64,000 bases of DNA from positions 349 through 64,348 of the forward strand of contig LFSF01000004.1 of NCBI GenBank assembly GCA_001512665.1. The letters are read 5' to 3'. Source of the DNA: Clostridiales bacterium DTU073. Lineage in GTDB: Bacteria > Bacillota > Peptococcia > DRI-13 > DTU073. The translations under genes were made by a program, and so were the position numbers. Within the stretch, counting starts at the first letter, position 1. Every line of letters starts with the position of its first letter. The notes under the pieces were generated by a model. That model saw only the letters and a list, made by a program, of their open reading frames with translations. It ran no database searches and had not been told where the DNA came from. Shown here piece by piece: positions 38,250-47,150 of this stretch.

Positions 38250-39596
38250 TTGAACCGCTATCTGTATGAAATAGAAATAGGGCTGAAATCTTTAACCGTT
38301 TATAGAGGATTGCTAGAGGATAGAGTAATACAGGCTTTGTGTTCTGTTTTGCAGGACCTGGCCTCTGAAAACATAAACTTTAGTCAGTTTGTTAATGATT
38401 ATTGTGAGTTTTACTATCTCTTAGCGGAAGAAAGCCCCACTAGTCCTTTTGAGGATTATCTCATTGAGAAAATCATTTATGATGATAATGCATTTAGTCG
38501 GCAGAGTGAAAAGATGGACTTTGATAATATCAATGAGAGCTTTAAAAAAGCGGGAGAAAGGGACTTAATCTGTCTGCAAAAGGTTACATGGATAGCTGCC
38601 GGGGAGATCAAGGAAGCAGCGATTAAAAGGTTTGGACAGTCGAAGATAGAAAATGATCTGCTGGAAAGCCTTCCTGAATGGAGAGCTGACGGTAGTGAAA
38701 ATAACGAAAATGTTAAAATTGCGGATCTTTTGCAGACCTTTAAATCCAGCAAAAGATGGAGTGAGTGTTTAAAAGCTTTGGCTGATTTTTACCGGCAAAA
38801 CGGTTCCGGCGAATTTGCTAAATATTATGGCTTTGTCTGGGAAAGAACGGGCGAAAAGGGCTTTCTCAAAGGCATATCCTCTCCTGACCCCATCCGTTTC
38901 CGTGATTTGTTCGGATATGAGCGACAGCGTGAGCTGATCATTAATAACACCGAACAGCTTTTAAATGGGTATGCGGCTAATAATGTATTATTATACGGGG
39001 ACAGAGGGACCGGGAAATCCTCTACGGTTAAAGCGTTAGTGAATGAATATGGGGATAGAGGATTAAGGATAATTGAATTAGCTAAGAGTTATCTTGATGA
39101 CTTGCCCTATGTGTTGAGAGCGATAAAAGGCAGACAGCAAAAATTCATTATTTTTATTGATGATTTAGCCTTTGGGGATAGTGAGGAGGAATATACGGCT
39201 CTTAAAGCTGTTTTGGAAGGCAGTTTGGAAAGCAAACCGCAGAATGTGGTGATTTATGCCACCTCCAATCGCCGGCATTTAATTAAAGAAAGATTTAGTG
39301 ACAGGAGCGGTTTGACTTCTGATAATCCGGATGAGGAAGTACGCTCAGCTGATACTTTACAGGAGAAATTGTCGTTGGCGGATCGCTTTGGGATTACCGT
39401 TACTTATACATCTCCTGATAAAGAGGAATATTTGGCGATTGTGGAAGGACTTGCCCGAAACAGAAAGTTGGATATTGATGTAGCTACTTTGCATGAAGAG
39501 GCTCTGAAGTGGGAAATCAATCATAATGGACGTTCCCCAAGAACTGCCCGTCAGTTTATAGACTGGTTGGAAGCTCATGTAGAAAAACGATCATAG
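38250..39596 (+). CDS. DUF815 family AAA-type ATPase
   Basis: Walker A LLYGDRGTGKSS, Walker B FIIFIDDL, ATSNRRHL. The TTG at 38250 is 8 nt after AAGGAG, whereas the GTG at 38241 overlaps the SD. Confidence 0.75.
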   Translation: MNRYLYEIEIGLKSLTVYRGLLEDRVIQALCSVLQDLASENINFSQFVNDYCEFYYLLAEESPTSPFEDYLIEKIIYDDNAFSRQSEKMDFDNINESFKKAGERDLICLQKVTWIAAGEIKEAAIKRFGQSKIENDLLESLPEWRADGSENNENVKIADLLQTFKSSKRWSECLKALADFYRQNGSGEFAKYYGFVWERTGEKGFLKGISSPDPIRFRDLFGYERQRELIINNTEQLLNGYAANNVLLYGDRGTGKSSTVKALVNEYGDRGLRIIELAKSYLDDLPYVLRAIKGRQQKFIIFIDDLAFGDSEEEYTALKAVLEGSLESKPQNVVIYATSNRRHLIKERFSDRSGLTSDNPDEEVRSADTLQEKLSLADRFGITVTYTSPDKEEYLAIVEGLARNRKLDIDVATLHEEALKWEINHNGRSPRTARQFIDWLEAHVEKRS

Positions 39597-39645
39597 CGGA
39601 ATAAAGAATCGCTGCAGGATAAACAGGATAAAGGGGAGTAATAAA

Positions 39646-40188
39646 GTGAACGACAGAAAAGAATCGATTAAAGCAGCCTTGATACAAGCGTTTCCTATAG
39701 CAATCTCCATAGCCGCAACCGGTTTATCTTATGGGGTATTGGCTACACAGGCTAATCTTAGTTTACTGGAGATTTTAGGTATGTCGCTACTGATATTTTC
39801 AGGTTCGGTGCAGTTTATTACTGTAGCAATGTTATCGGCAGGCGGAAGTCTATTAAGTATACTTATTACAACAGTATTATTTAATTTACGCAATATACTA
39901 TATGGTGTAGCTTTGTCGAAAGGACTTGCGCCGGCTAAGAAATGGCGGTGGCTTCTTTATGGTGGAATCTCGGATGAACCGTATGTGCTTAGTTCCGCAA
40001 GGTTTAAAAAAGTTGGTCCTGATCCCTTATTCTTCGGTGTAGTTATTGGTACTTTCTATATTGCTTTAAACTCTTCTGTGCTGATTGGTGCATTAATCGG
40101 AAATCAAGTTGACCCGCAAAAATGGGGTCTGGATTTAGCATTTACGGTTACCTTTGCGGCTCTTTTGATGCCTAATTTGCCAGCATAG
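39646..40188 (+). CDS. azlC: AzlC family branched-chain amino acid exporter component, apparently 3'-truncated (180 aa); no azlD follows
   Basis: AzlC-like N-terminal two thirds (SGSVQF, LRNILYG, SDEPY). The frame stops inside a TM helix (FAALLMPNLPA-TAG). Confidence 0.6.
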   Translation: MNDRKESIKAALIQAFPIAISIAATGLSYGVLATQANLSLLEILGMSLLIFSGSVQFITVAMLSAGGSLLSILITTVLFNLRNILYGVALSKGLAPAKKWRWLLYGGISDEPYVLSSARFKKVGPDPLFFGVVIGTFYIALNSSVLIGALIGNQVDPQKWGLDLAFTVTFAALLMPNLPA

Positions 40189-40193
40189 ATAAT

Positions 40194-40676
40194 ATGTCAC
40201 TTGAAGAAAAATATAATTTTGTAACTAATCATGTATACGATATTATTGATGAGGTTGAACAGTATCTCTATGATAGAAATTTGTCTGAGGATAATAAAAG
40301 TAACATCTTATCTGAATGGTATGATATTATAGATTCCACTTTTGTGTTTACGAAATTACGGGAAACAATTTCGGAACTAAAGGAATATCAACCATATAGA
40401 GAAAGAATGAAAAATGATCAGCAATTCAGGGAAAAAATGTGTAATTTTGAAAACAGCCTAGATGGCTTTCTTTATGAAGCGCGTTGTTTTGTAAATATAG
40501 AGGTAAAATTAAGTGGCAGTGTTAATTGGGAGCGTAAAGAGGTAGGCAGAAAGTTACATGATTGGGATAAAAACATTCAAAAAGGAATAACGGAGTTAAG
40601 GAAGTCAGCAGCTGAAGATTTATCAAACAGTGATAAGAAAAGCAATAGAGTTGCTGAGGAGCCCAGCGGGAGATAA
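40194..40676 (+). CDS. Hypothetical helical protein (160 aa), AT-rich, no SD
   Basis: ORF only. Starts 5 nt after the azlC stop. No family recognised. Confidence 0.45.
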   Translation: MSLEEKYNFVTNHVYDIIDEVEQYLYDRNLSEDNKSNILSEWYDIIDSTFVFTKLRETISELKEYQPYRERMKNDQQFREKMCNFENSLDGFLYEARCFVNIEVKLSGSVNWERKEVGRKLHDWDKNIQKGITELRKSAAEDLSNSDKKSNRVAEEPSGR

Positions 40677-40706
40677 AGATGGGATAACTAATCAAATATT
40701 AGTGCG

Positions 40707-41114
40707 TTATATCTTCTTATTTTTCTGAATTCTTCGTTGGTTTTTGGCTATTCTTAGCGTATGCTCCGTACTTCTCATTAATTCTAAAAGTTTATTGGTT
40801 TCTTCCAACCACATTTCGTCTAATTCCTCTTCTGAATAGATCTTTAAGTTATGGAGGCCACCTTTTTTATCAATATAGGCATAAATGTATTGTTCTATTA
40901 AATTTGCCAGATATTCTAATTCGCTTTGCTCAAAGTAACCTAAATCTGTACTGGGGAAATCTATAGCGAATCTTTGACACATTTCCCTTATATTTGTGTA
41001 GCCATCAACATAAAAATCAGAAATAAATCTTTCTACTTCATCCCCATAAAAAAAATCCCAGGCTTTCTGGGGGGTTAAACTTTTTATCCATTGTTTACGC
41101 ATTTTATTACGCAT
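40707..41114 (-). CDS. Hypothetical protein (135 aa)
   Basis: ORF with strong SD (GGAGGT). Second gene of a two-gene minus-strand unit. No family recognised. Confidence 0.55.
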   Translation of the reverse strand: MRNKMRKQWIKSLTPQKAWDFFYGDEVERFISDFYVDGYTNIREMCQRFAIDFPSTDLGYFEQSELEYLANLIEQYIYAYIDKKGGLHNLKIYSEEELDEMWLEETNKLLELMRSTEHTLRIAKNQRRIQKNKKI

Positions 41115-41129
41115 AATTTTTATTACCTC

Positions 41130-41351
41130 CTACCAAGATTTTTTTGTTAAAAAATCTTTTTCTAATTTTTTCTCGGTTGTCTCATTCATGATGAGGGCAA
41201 GCAAATCTTCCTTGGCTTCCTCGATAGTTTCATATTCATTGAGAATTTTGCAGAGAAGATTTTTGGCGCCTGCCTGATGTACGAAATAGCCTTTTTTATA
41301 TGGCTTTTTCTTAAAAAGACTTTTCCAAAAAAGACTCAACATAGTTTTCAC
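41130..41351 (-). CDS. Hypothetical small basic protein (73 aa)
   Basis: ORF with SD GGGAGGTG. No family recognised. Confidence 0.5.
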   Translation of the reverse strand: MKTMLSLFWKSLFKKKPYKKGYFVHQAGAKNLLCKILNEYETIEEAKEDLLALIMNETTEKKLEKDFLTKKSW

Positions 41352-41368
41352 CTCCCTTTTTTGTTCTG

Positions 41369-41381
41369 TATATATATATAT
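41369..41381. repeat. (TA)6T microsatellite in the 5' leader of the minus-strand two-gene unit
   Basis: Read directly from the sequence. Confidence 0.9.
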
Positions 41382-41547
41382 CCGCCGGGGAGGGAAAACG
41401 TAAATTTAAATTTAATTAATGTATATACAATTCAGAGGTTGAAAAAATGAAGAGATGTTTTTGTACAAATAAAATGTAACATTATTTAGAATAATATCAG
41501 GTTATGGTATTATTTAAGTAACACGGCTGAAAAGGGAGAGAATCAAG

Positions 41548-42333
41548 TTGCAACCTGTAGAAATTAAAGAATTCGTATTAGACAATAATAAAAAGAAACT
41601 GGCTGTGAATATAACTACGCTTTTTTTATTGGCAATTTTAGGTGGTTTATTTGTTGCCTTCGGAGCATACGGTTCTACGGTTGCTTCTTATAGCATTGAG
41701 TCAATCAGTATAAAAAAGATTTTAAGCGGTGCCGTATTTCCCGTGGGATTAATCTTGATCATTATTGGCGGCGGCGAGCTGTTTACAGGGAATACTTTAT
41801 TGCTTCTTTCCTATATAGATAAAAGAAAAGGTATGGTGGCGCCGATTTTGAACAATTGGATTATTGTATATTTAGGGAATTTAATAGGATCATTATTTTT
41901 AGTTACTTTAATTATTAACAGTGATCTTTTGAATCAAGATTTATTAAATGCTTTTGTAGCTATGGCTCAAGTCAAAGTGGAACTTACTTTTTCTCAAGCT
42001 TTTATCAGAGGAATTCTTTGTAATATCTTAGTAGTAATGGCTGTCTGGATGAGTTATTCTGCTAAAGACACAATAAGTAAAATATTTGCTATTTGGTTTC
42101 CAATTATGGTCTTTGTCGTAAGCGGATTTGAGCACAGTATAGCGAATATGTTTTTTATCCCTATGGGGATTTTCTTAGCAGATATAACTTGGTCTGGTTT
42201 TTTGTTTAATAATCTAGTACCTGTTACCCTGGGAAATATAGTCGGTGCTTTAATAATTTGTTTAATCTATTATCGTTTAGGATTAAATAATAAGATTATA
42301 GAAACAAAAAAACCGGAAAACATTGCTAATTAA
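41548..42333 (+). CDS. Formate/nitrite transporter family channel
   Basis: GGELFTGN and SGFEHSIANMF signature motifs. 261 aa. TTG start after AAGGGAGAG. Confidence 0.88.
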   Translation: MQPVEIKEFVLDNNKKKLAVNITTLFLLAILGGLFVAFGAYGSTVASYSIESISIKKILSGAVFPVGLILIIIGGGELFTGNTLLLLSYIDKRKGMVAPILNNWIIVYLGNLIGSLFLVTLIINSDLLNQDLLNAFVAMAQVKVELTFSQAFIRGILCNILVVMAVWMSYSAKDTISKIFAIWFPIMVFVVSGFEHSIANMFFIPMGIFLADITWSGFLFNNLVPVTLGNIVGALIICLIYYRLGLNNKIIETKKPENIAN

Positions 42334-42373
42334 TTTTTCTAGTAAGGTGGAAGATATAAGTAAAGAGGAAGAT

Positions 42374-42557
42374 ATGAGTAATATCTATGAGTTTGAGGCG
42401 GTCATAAAAAAAGCGCCGGACATGGACGCGGCTTATATTGAAATCCCCTTCCCCTTGCCATATTATCGGGATTCGTAAAGACATCAGAGCCAAAATCGGC
42501 AAGCAATCCGGGGATATCATCAAAGTGACCATCAGGGAGGGAGAAAATAGAAATTAA
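42374..42557 (+). pseudogene. DUF1905 (YdeI-like) gene remnant with an internal out-of-frame deletion
   Basis: N-terminus MSNIYEFEAVIKKAPDMDAAYIEIPF in one frame, and C-terminus PCHIIGIRKDIRAKIGKQSGDIIKVTIRE in another. The junction lies at CCCCTTCCCCTT (42445-42456). Confidence 0.7.
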
Positions 42558-42736
42558 TCCAAAATTTAGGTAATTTGTATGATATAATAATTATATGTAG
42601 AAATTAAATTCTGGTTATATTAATATTTCTGGAATTAAACTTTTTATAACTTACTTATGGGGATTATGGATAGTCGGAAAAGTGATTATATTTGATAATA
42701 TAGAAAATATTATGCTCTTGATTATTAAGTAATTGA

Positions 42737-42967
42737 ATCCTTACTAAAAACTGGGACCTCTATGATACTATGCATGTTGTTTTTGAACCTAAAAATATGA
42801 GCCCGGACGATCTGCAAAAGGTGTTTTTCCAGATGTGGCAAAAGTCATATACCACCAAGAAGATCTTAAAACGACTAACCGCTATTTTTTGTAATAAAGA
42901 TTCCGAAGCTCAGAATATCAGAACTGAAGTGAAGAGTAAGGATTATAAGAGTCGGTCGGATCGTTAG
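42737..42967 (+). pseudogene. Orphan C-terminal fragment resembling the tail of a B12-binding/radical SAM protein
   Basis: The open frame NWDLYDTMHVVFEPKNMSPDDLQKVFFQMW has no N-terminal domain, no SD, and AT-rich junk upstream. Confidence 0.4.
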
Positions 42968-43162
42968 AAAAAGGAACCGAAAAGTAGAACAGAGTGGTAC
43001 AGGGGGCAAGCCGCTTTGTCTTTTTCACCACTTTCTGTTATAGTACACATACAAAAAAATAAATATTTATATAAAAAAGGGATTGCATATCTCGTTAATT
43101 CGTCTTAGAATAGAAGATAGTTATTTTTAATAATATTTTATTAAGGTGGTGTTTTATCCAAA

Positions 43163-44344
43163 ATGAAAAAAGTTCTTCTTGTTTTATTGACTCTCGTCTT
43201 CGCAGTTGGTTTGATGACCGGTTGCGGAGGCAATGATACCGATGAACCTGCTGGCGCAGATGCTGCAGGAATAAAAATCGGTGTTAACTACGAATTGTCC
43301 GGTGATTTGGCTTCTTATGGTGAAGCTTCCGTAGACGGCATTAAAATGGCATTTGATGAAATCAATGCTGCCGGTGGTATCAACGGGACGCCAATTGTGC
43401 CGGTGATCGTTGATAACAGATCTGATCCTGCTGAAGCAACATCATTGGCAACCAGATTGATGACTAAGGAAGATGTTGTAGCTTGCCTTGGTCCTGCTAC
43501 TTCCGGTAGTTTCATGGCTACCATCCCTGTAGCAATGGCGAATAAGATTCCGATTATCTCGGCTTCTGCTACAGCTGACGAAGGTGTTACTGTTGACAAA
43601 AACGGAAATGTGAATGAATATGTTTTCCGTCTTTGCTTTAACGATTCCTTCCAGGGAGTAACAATGGCTAATTTTGCAACTAACAATCTAGGGGCAAAGA
43701 AAGCAGTAATCATTCAGGACAAATCCAGTGACTATGCTGCTGGTTTGGCTAAGAACTTTAAAGAGACCTTTACAGCAGCCGGTGGTGAAATCGTGGCTGA
43801 AGAAGGCTATGTAGCTAAGGATAAAGATTTCAATGCTATTCTTACTAACATTAAAGGAAAAGAATTCGATGTAATCTTCCTTCCAGGATATTATTCAGAG
43901 GCCGGTTTAGTGATTAAACAGGCTCGTGCTCTTGGTATTACTGCTCCTGTTCTCGGCGCAGACGGCTTTGATTCACCTGTTCTTTTACAATTAGCCGGAG
44001 CTGAAGCTTTGAATAATGTTTATTTCTCTAATCATTATTCATCTTTAGATCAGGATCCTTTGGTGCAAAACTTCATTACTGCTTTTAATGAAAAGTATGG
44101 TAGAGATCCTAATGCCTTTAACGCTCTTGGTTATGACTTAGGTAAATTTATTGCTGATGCCGTTAAACGTGCCGGATCCGCTAATCCTGAAGCGATTAAA
44201 GATGCTTTGGCCGGAACAGAAAATTTTGTGGGTGTTACCGGATCATTTAGTATGGGTGCTGACCACAACCCGATTAAGTCTGCGGTAGTTATTGGTTTGA
44301 AAGACGGTGTTCAGAGCACTAGTGTTAAAGTAGAACCTAAATAA
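43163..44344 (+). CDS. livJ: Branched-chain amino acid ABC transporter substrate-binding lipoprotein
   Basis: Lipobox LMTGC. Type I periplasmic-binding fold of the LivJ/K family (GPATSG, DVIFLPGYY). 393 aa. Confidence 0.85.
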   Translation: MKKVLLVLLTLVFAVGLMTGCGGNDTDEPAGADAAGIKIGVNYELSGDLASYGEASVDGIKMAFDEINAAGGINGTPIVPVIVDNRSDPAEATSLATRLMTKEDVVACLGPATSGSFMATIPVAMANKIPIISASATADEGVTVDKNGNVNEYVFRLCFNDSFQGVTMANFATNNLGAKKAVIIQDKSSDYAAGLAKNFKETFTAAGGEIVAEEGYVAKDKDFNAILTNIKGKEFDVIFLPGYYSEAGLVIKQARALGITAPVLGADGFDSPVLLQLAGAEALNNVYFSNHYSSLDQDPLVQNFITAFNEKYGRDPNAFNALGYDLGKFIADAVKRAGSANPEAIKDALAGTENFVGVTGSFSMGADHNPIKSAVVIGLKDGVQSTSVKVEPK

Positions 44345-44393
44345 GTATATTTTATGAAGTTTAATTGACGAATCATCTTAAAAGGGCTAAAAT

Positions 44394-44433
44394 AATTAAG
44401 TTAGAGTGTTTAACACTCTAACTTAATTTTATT
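44394..44433 (+). terminator. 17-bp perfect hairpin plus T-run between the binding-protein and permease genes (intra-operon attenuator/terminator)
   Basis: AATTAAGTTAGAGTGTT / AACACTCTAACTTAATT followed by TTTTATT. Confidence 0.7.
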
Positions 44434-44474
44434 ACTTGATTTAATTATTAATAATCTTTAGGAGGTGCATACGA

Positions 44475-45353
44475 TTGGAGCAATTCTTGCAGCAGGTGGT
44501 TAACGGTATATCGCTAGGAAGTATATATGCACTGATTGCCTTAGGGTATACGATGGTTTATGGCATAATTAAACTGATTAACTTTGCCCATGGAGATGTG
44601 TACATGATTGGCGCTTATATAGGCTTTGCCGCTATAACTTATGCCAAACTAGGTTTTTTTCCGGCATTGCTTATATCTATGATTTTATGTGCAATTTTAG
44701 GAGTAGTGATAGAAAGGATAGCTTATAAACCGCTGCGCAATTCTACAAGAATCGCTGTTTTGATTACCGCAATCGGTGTTTCTTTATTCTTGGAATATGT
44801 GATGATGTTTTTTGTAGGGGCGGAAGTGCGTTCGTATCCTAATGTGTTATCTAATTATACGCTCCATCTGCATGGTGTCGTTATAAATATGCAGCAGATT
44901 TATATTATAGTTACGGCTATAGCCTTAATGGTTTTATTGCAGTTTATTGTGCATAAAACAAAGACAGGTAAAGCTATGCGGGCAGTTTCTATTGACCAGG
45001 ATGCTGCTCAATTAATGGGGATTAATGCCGATAGTACGATTTCTTATACCTTTGCTATTGGTTCTGCTTTTGCCGGTGCCGCTGGAGTGTTGGTTGGAAT
45101 TTATTATAATTCTATCGACCCTCTGATGGGAATAATGCCGGGTTTAAAAGCTTTTGTTGCCGCAGTTTTTGGTGGTATTGGCAGTATTCCCGGGGCTATG
45201 ATCGGCGGACTTGGTATTGGAATTATGGAAACACTTGTTTCCGGTTATGGTAATTCCATGTATCGTGATGCTTTTGTATTTTTATTTTTGATTCTGATCC
45301 TGATCTTAAAGCCGACCGGACTGATGGGCAAAAATATAAGGGAGAAGGTGTAA
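44475..45353 (+). CDS. livH: Branched-chain amino acid ABC transporter permease
   Basis: 292 aa. QQVVNGISLGSIYALIALGYTMVYG is a canonical LivH N-terminus. TTG start after AGGAGGTG. Confidence 0.9.
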   Translation: MEQFLQQVVNGISLGSIYALIALGYTMVYGIIKLINFAHGDVYMIGAYIGFAAITYAKLGFFPALLISMILCAILGVVIERIAYKPLRNSTRIAVLITAIGVSLFLEYVMMFFVGAEVRSYPNVLSNYTLHLHGVVINMQQIYIIVTAIALMVLLQFIVHKTKTGKAMRAVSIDQDAAQLMGINADSTISYTFAIGSAFAGAAGVLVGIYYNSIDPLMGIMPGLKAFVAAVFGGIGSIPGAMIGGLGIGIMETLVSGYGNSMYRDAFVFLFLILILILKPTGLMGKNIREKV

Positions 45354-45360
45354 AATAAAG

Positions 45361-46311
45361 ATGAGAGCATTAACCAAGAAAAATATATTAATATTTGTCG
45401 GTATTTTATTAACCTTTGCCATTGTCCAGGGTTTAATCTCGGTCGGGATTATCTCCAGTTTCCATGAAATTACTATTGCTTTAATTTGTATCAATATTAT
45501 TATGGCGGTTAGTTTGAACCTAATAACCGGTTTTACGGGACAATTTTCTTTAGGACATGCGGGTTTTATGTCTATCGGAGCTTATGTTTGTGCGCTCATT
45601 ATTATGCGCTATGATTCGACTGCCGGTTTTCTTATGGGAATTCTGGCCGGTGCTTTAGTAGCTACGATAGTTGGTATTTTGATTGGTATTCCTACTTTAC
45701 GTTTAAAAGGTGATTATCTGGCGATTGCTACCTTAGGTATGGCTGAGATTATTCGCGTTGTTTTTTTAAACTTAGAAATTACCAATGGTGCTGCGGGATT
45801 AAGCGGTATTCCCAGACATGCTAACTGGTTTTGGCTGTTTTTTTTCGCAGTTATAACTGTTTTAACAATCAATAATTTTATTAGATCATCTCATGGACGT
45901 GCTTGTATTTCCATTCGTGAAGACGAGATTGCTGCAGAATCCATGGGTATAAACACCACTAAGTATAAAGTAATGGCTTTCGCTATAGGTGCTTTCTTTG
46001 CCGGAGTAGGTGGTGCACTTTATGCTTCATATTTTTATTTTCTTAAACCAAATATCTTTGGTTTTATGAAGTCTATTGACATTTTGGTAATTGTCGTTTT
46101 AGGTGGATTGGGAAGTGTGACAGGCTCTGTGGTTGCCGCAATTTTGTTAGCACTTTTGACCACCTTTTTGCAGGCATTTACCGAAATAAGGATGATTTTA
46201 TATGCGCTTTTGTTGGTTGTAATCATGATTTTCCGACCACAGGGGTTGTTCGGGACAAAAGAAATAAATGACTTCTTTAAATTTCGCAAGAAACATGAGA
46301 GAATAGAGTAA
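45361..46311 (+). CDS. livM: Branched-chain amino acid ABC transporter permease
   Basis: 316 aa. GFTGQFSLGHAGFMSIGAY is the LivM signature. Confidence 0.9.
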   Translation: MRALTKKNILIFVGILLTFAIVQGLISVGIISSFHEITIALICINIIMAVSLNLITGFTGQFSLGHAGFMSIGAYVCALIIMRYDSTAGFLMGILAGALVATIVGILIGIPTLRLKGDYLAIATLGMAEIIRVVFLNLEITNGAAGLSGIPRHANWFWLFFFAVITVLTINNFIRSSHGRACISIREDEIAAESMGINTTKYKVMAFAIGAFFAGVGGALYASYFYFLKPNIFGFMKSIDILVIVVLGGLGSVTGSVVAAILLALLTTFLQAFTEIRMILYALLLVVIMIFRPQGLFGTKEINDFFKFRKKHERIE

Positions 46312-46325
46312 AGGAGGAGCCAAGT

Positions 46326-47150
46326 ATGCCGTTGCTTTCAGTAGAAAAATTAACAAAATCTTTTGGTGGACTGACTGCAGTATCTTCTGTAACGATGCAC
46401 ATAGATAAAGGCGAACTGGTAGGTCTGATTGGACCTAATGGTGCCGGCAAAACTACTCTATTCAATCTGTTAACAGGAGTATATGAACCAACTTCAGGTT
46501 CCATCAAATTACATTTACCTCAAGAGGAACAAGATAAAGACGGAAAAGTGAAGACAAAGGTTATAACCAAAGAGCTGGGCGGGTTGAAACCTTATAATGT
46601 AACTAAAGCCGGATTGGCGCGGACCTTCCAAAATATCAGGCTTTTTAAGGATTTAACGGTGCTGGATAATGTACGGATTGCCATGCATCAGAATATCCGT
46701 TATCGTTTGCCTTCGGCATTTCTGCATTTAAATAAATTTCACAACGAAGAAGATAGACTGGTAGAGGAAGCTGAAAAATTACTTGATATCTTTAAATTGT
46801 CACATAAAAAAGAGGAGCTGGCGAAAAACCTTCCTTATGGGGAACAGAGACATTTGGAAATAGCCAGAGCTCTTGCCACAAAGCCTGTAATTTTACTGCT
46901 GGATGAACCGGCTGCGGGAATGAATCCGAATGAAACAGCAGAATTAACCGAAACGATTGAGTGGATTCGGAAGGAATTTGATTTGACCATTCTCTTAATT
47001 GAGCATGACATGTCTTTAGTTATGAAGATATGTGAACGCATCTATGTTTTGGATTATGGGATGTTGATAGCCTCCGGAAAACCGGCCGAAATCAGGACCA
47101 ATAAAAGAGTAATTGAGGCGTATTTGGGGGAGGAGGTCAGCAATGCTTGA
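46326..47150 (+). CDS. livG: Branched-chain amino acid ABC transporter ATP-binding protein
   Basis: Walker A GPNGAGKTT, ARTFQNIRLF, signature-like region, LLLDEPAAGMN. 274 aa. Confidence 0.9.
   Translation: MPLLSVEKLTKSFGGLTAVSSVTMHIDKGELVGLIGPNGAGKTTLFNLLTGVYEPTSGSIKLHLPQEEQDKDGKVKTKVITKELGGLKPYNVTKAGLARTFQNIRLFKDLTVLDNVRIAMHQNIRYRLPSAFLHLNKFHNEEDRLVEEAEKLLDIFKLSHKKEELAKNLPYGEQRHLEIARALATKPVILLLDEPAAGMNPNETAELTETIEWIRKEFDLTILLIEHDMSLVMKICERIYVLDYGMLIASGKPAEIRTNKRVIEAYLGEEVSNA

Noticed and set aside
42326-42532. 68-aa minus-strand ORF listed in the track
   Set aside because: The plus strand here carries the recognisable halves of a DUF1905 gene, so the minus ORF is incidental.
42968-43162. 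Possible T-box, ykkC/ppGpp or CodY control upstream of the liv operon
   Set aside because: A plausible promoter (TTGCAT-17-TAGAAT) leaves only about 40 nt of leader. There is no T-box sequence, no ykkC core and no good match to AATTTTCWGAAAATT.
46480-46620. Apparent insertion of about 15-20 aa (HLPQEEQDKDGKVKTKVITKELGG) in LivG between Walker A and the Q-loop
   Set aside because: I cannot judge without an alignment, and similar insertions may be common in Firmicutes LivG proteins. It is not reported as a finding.
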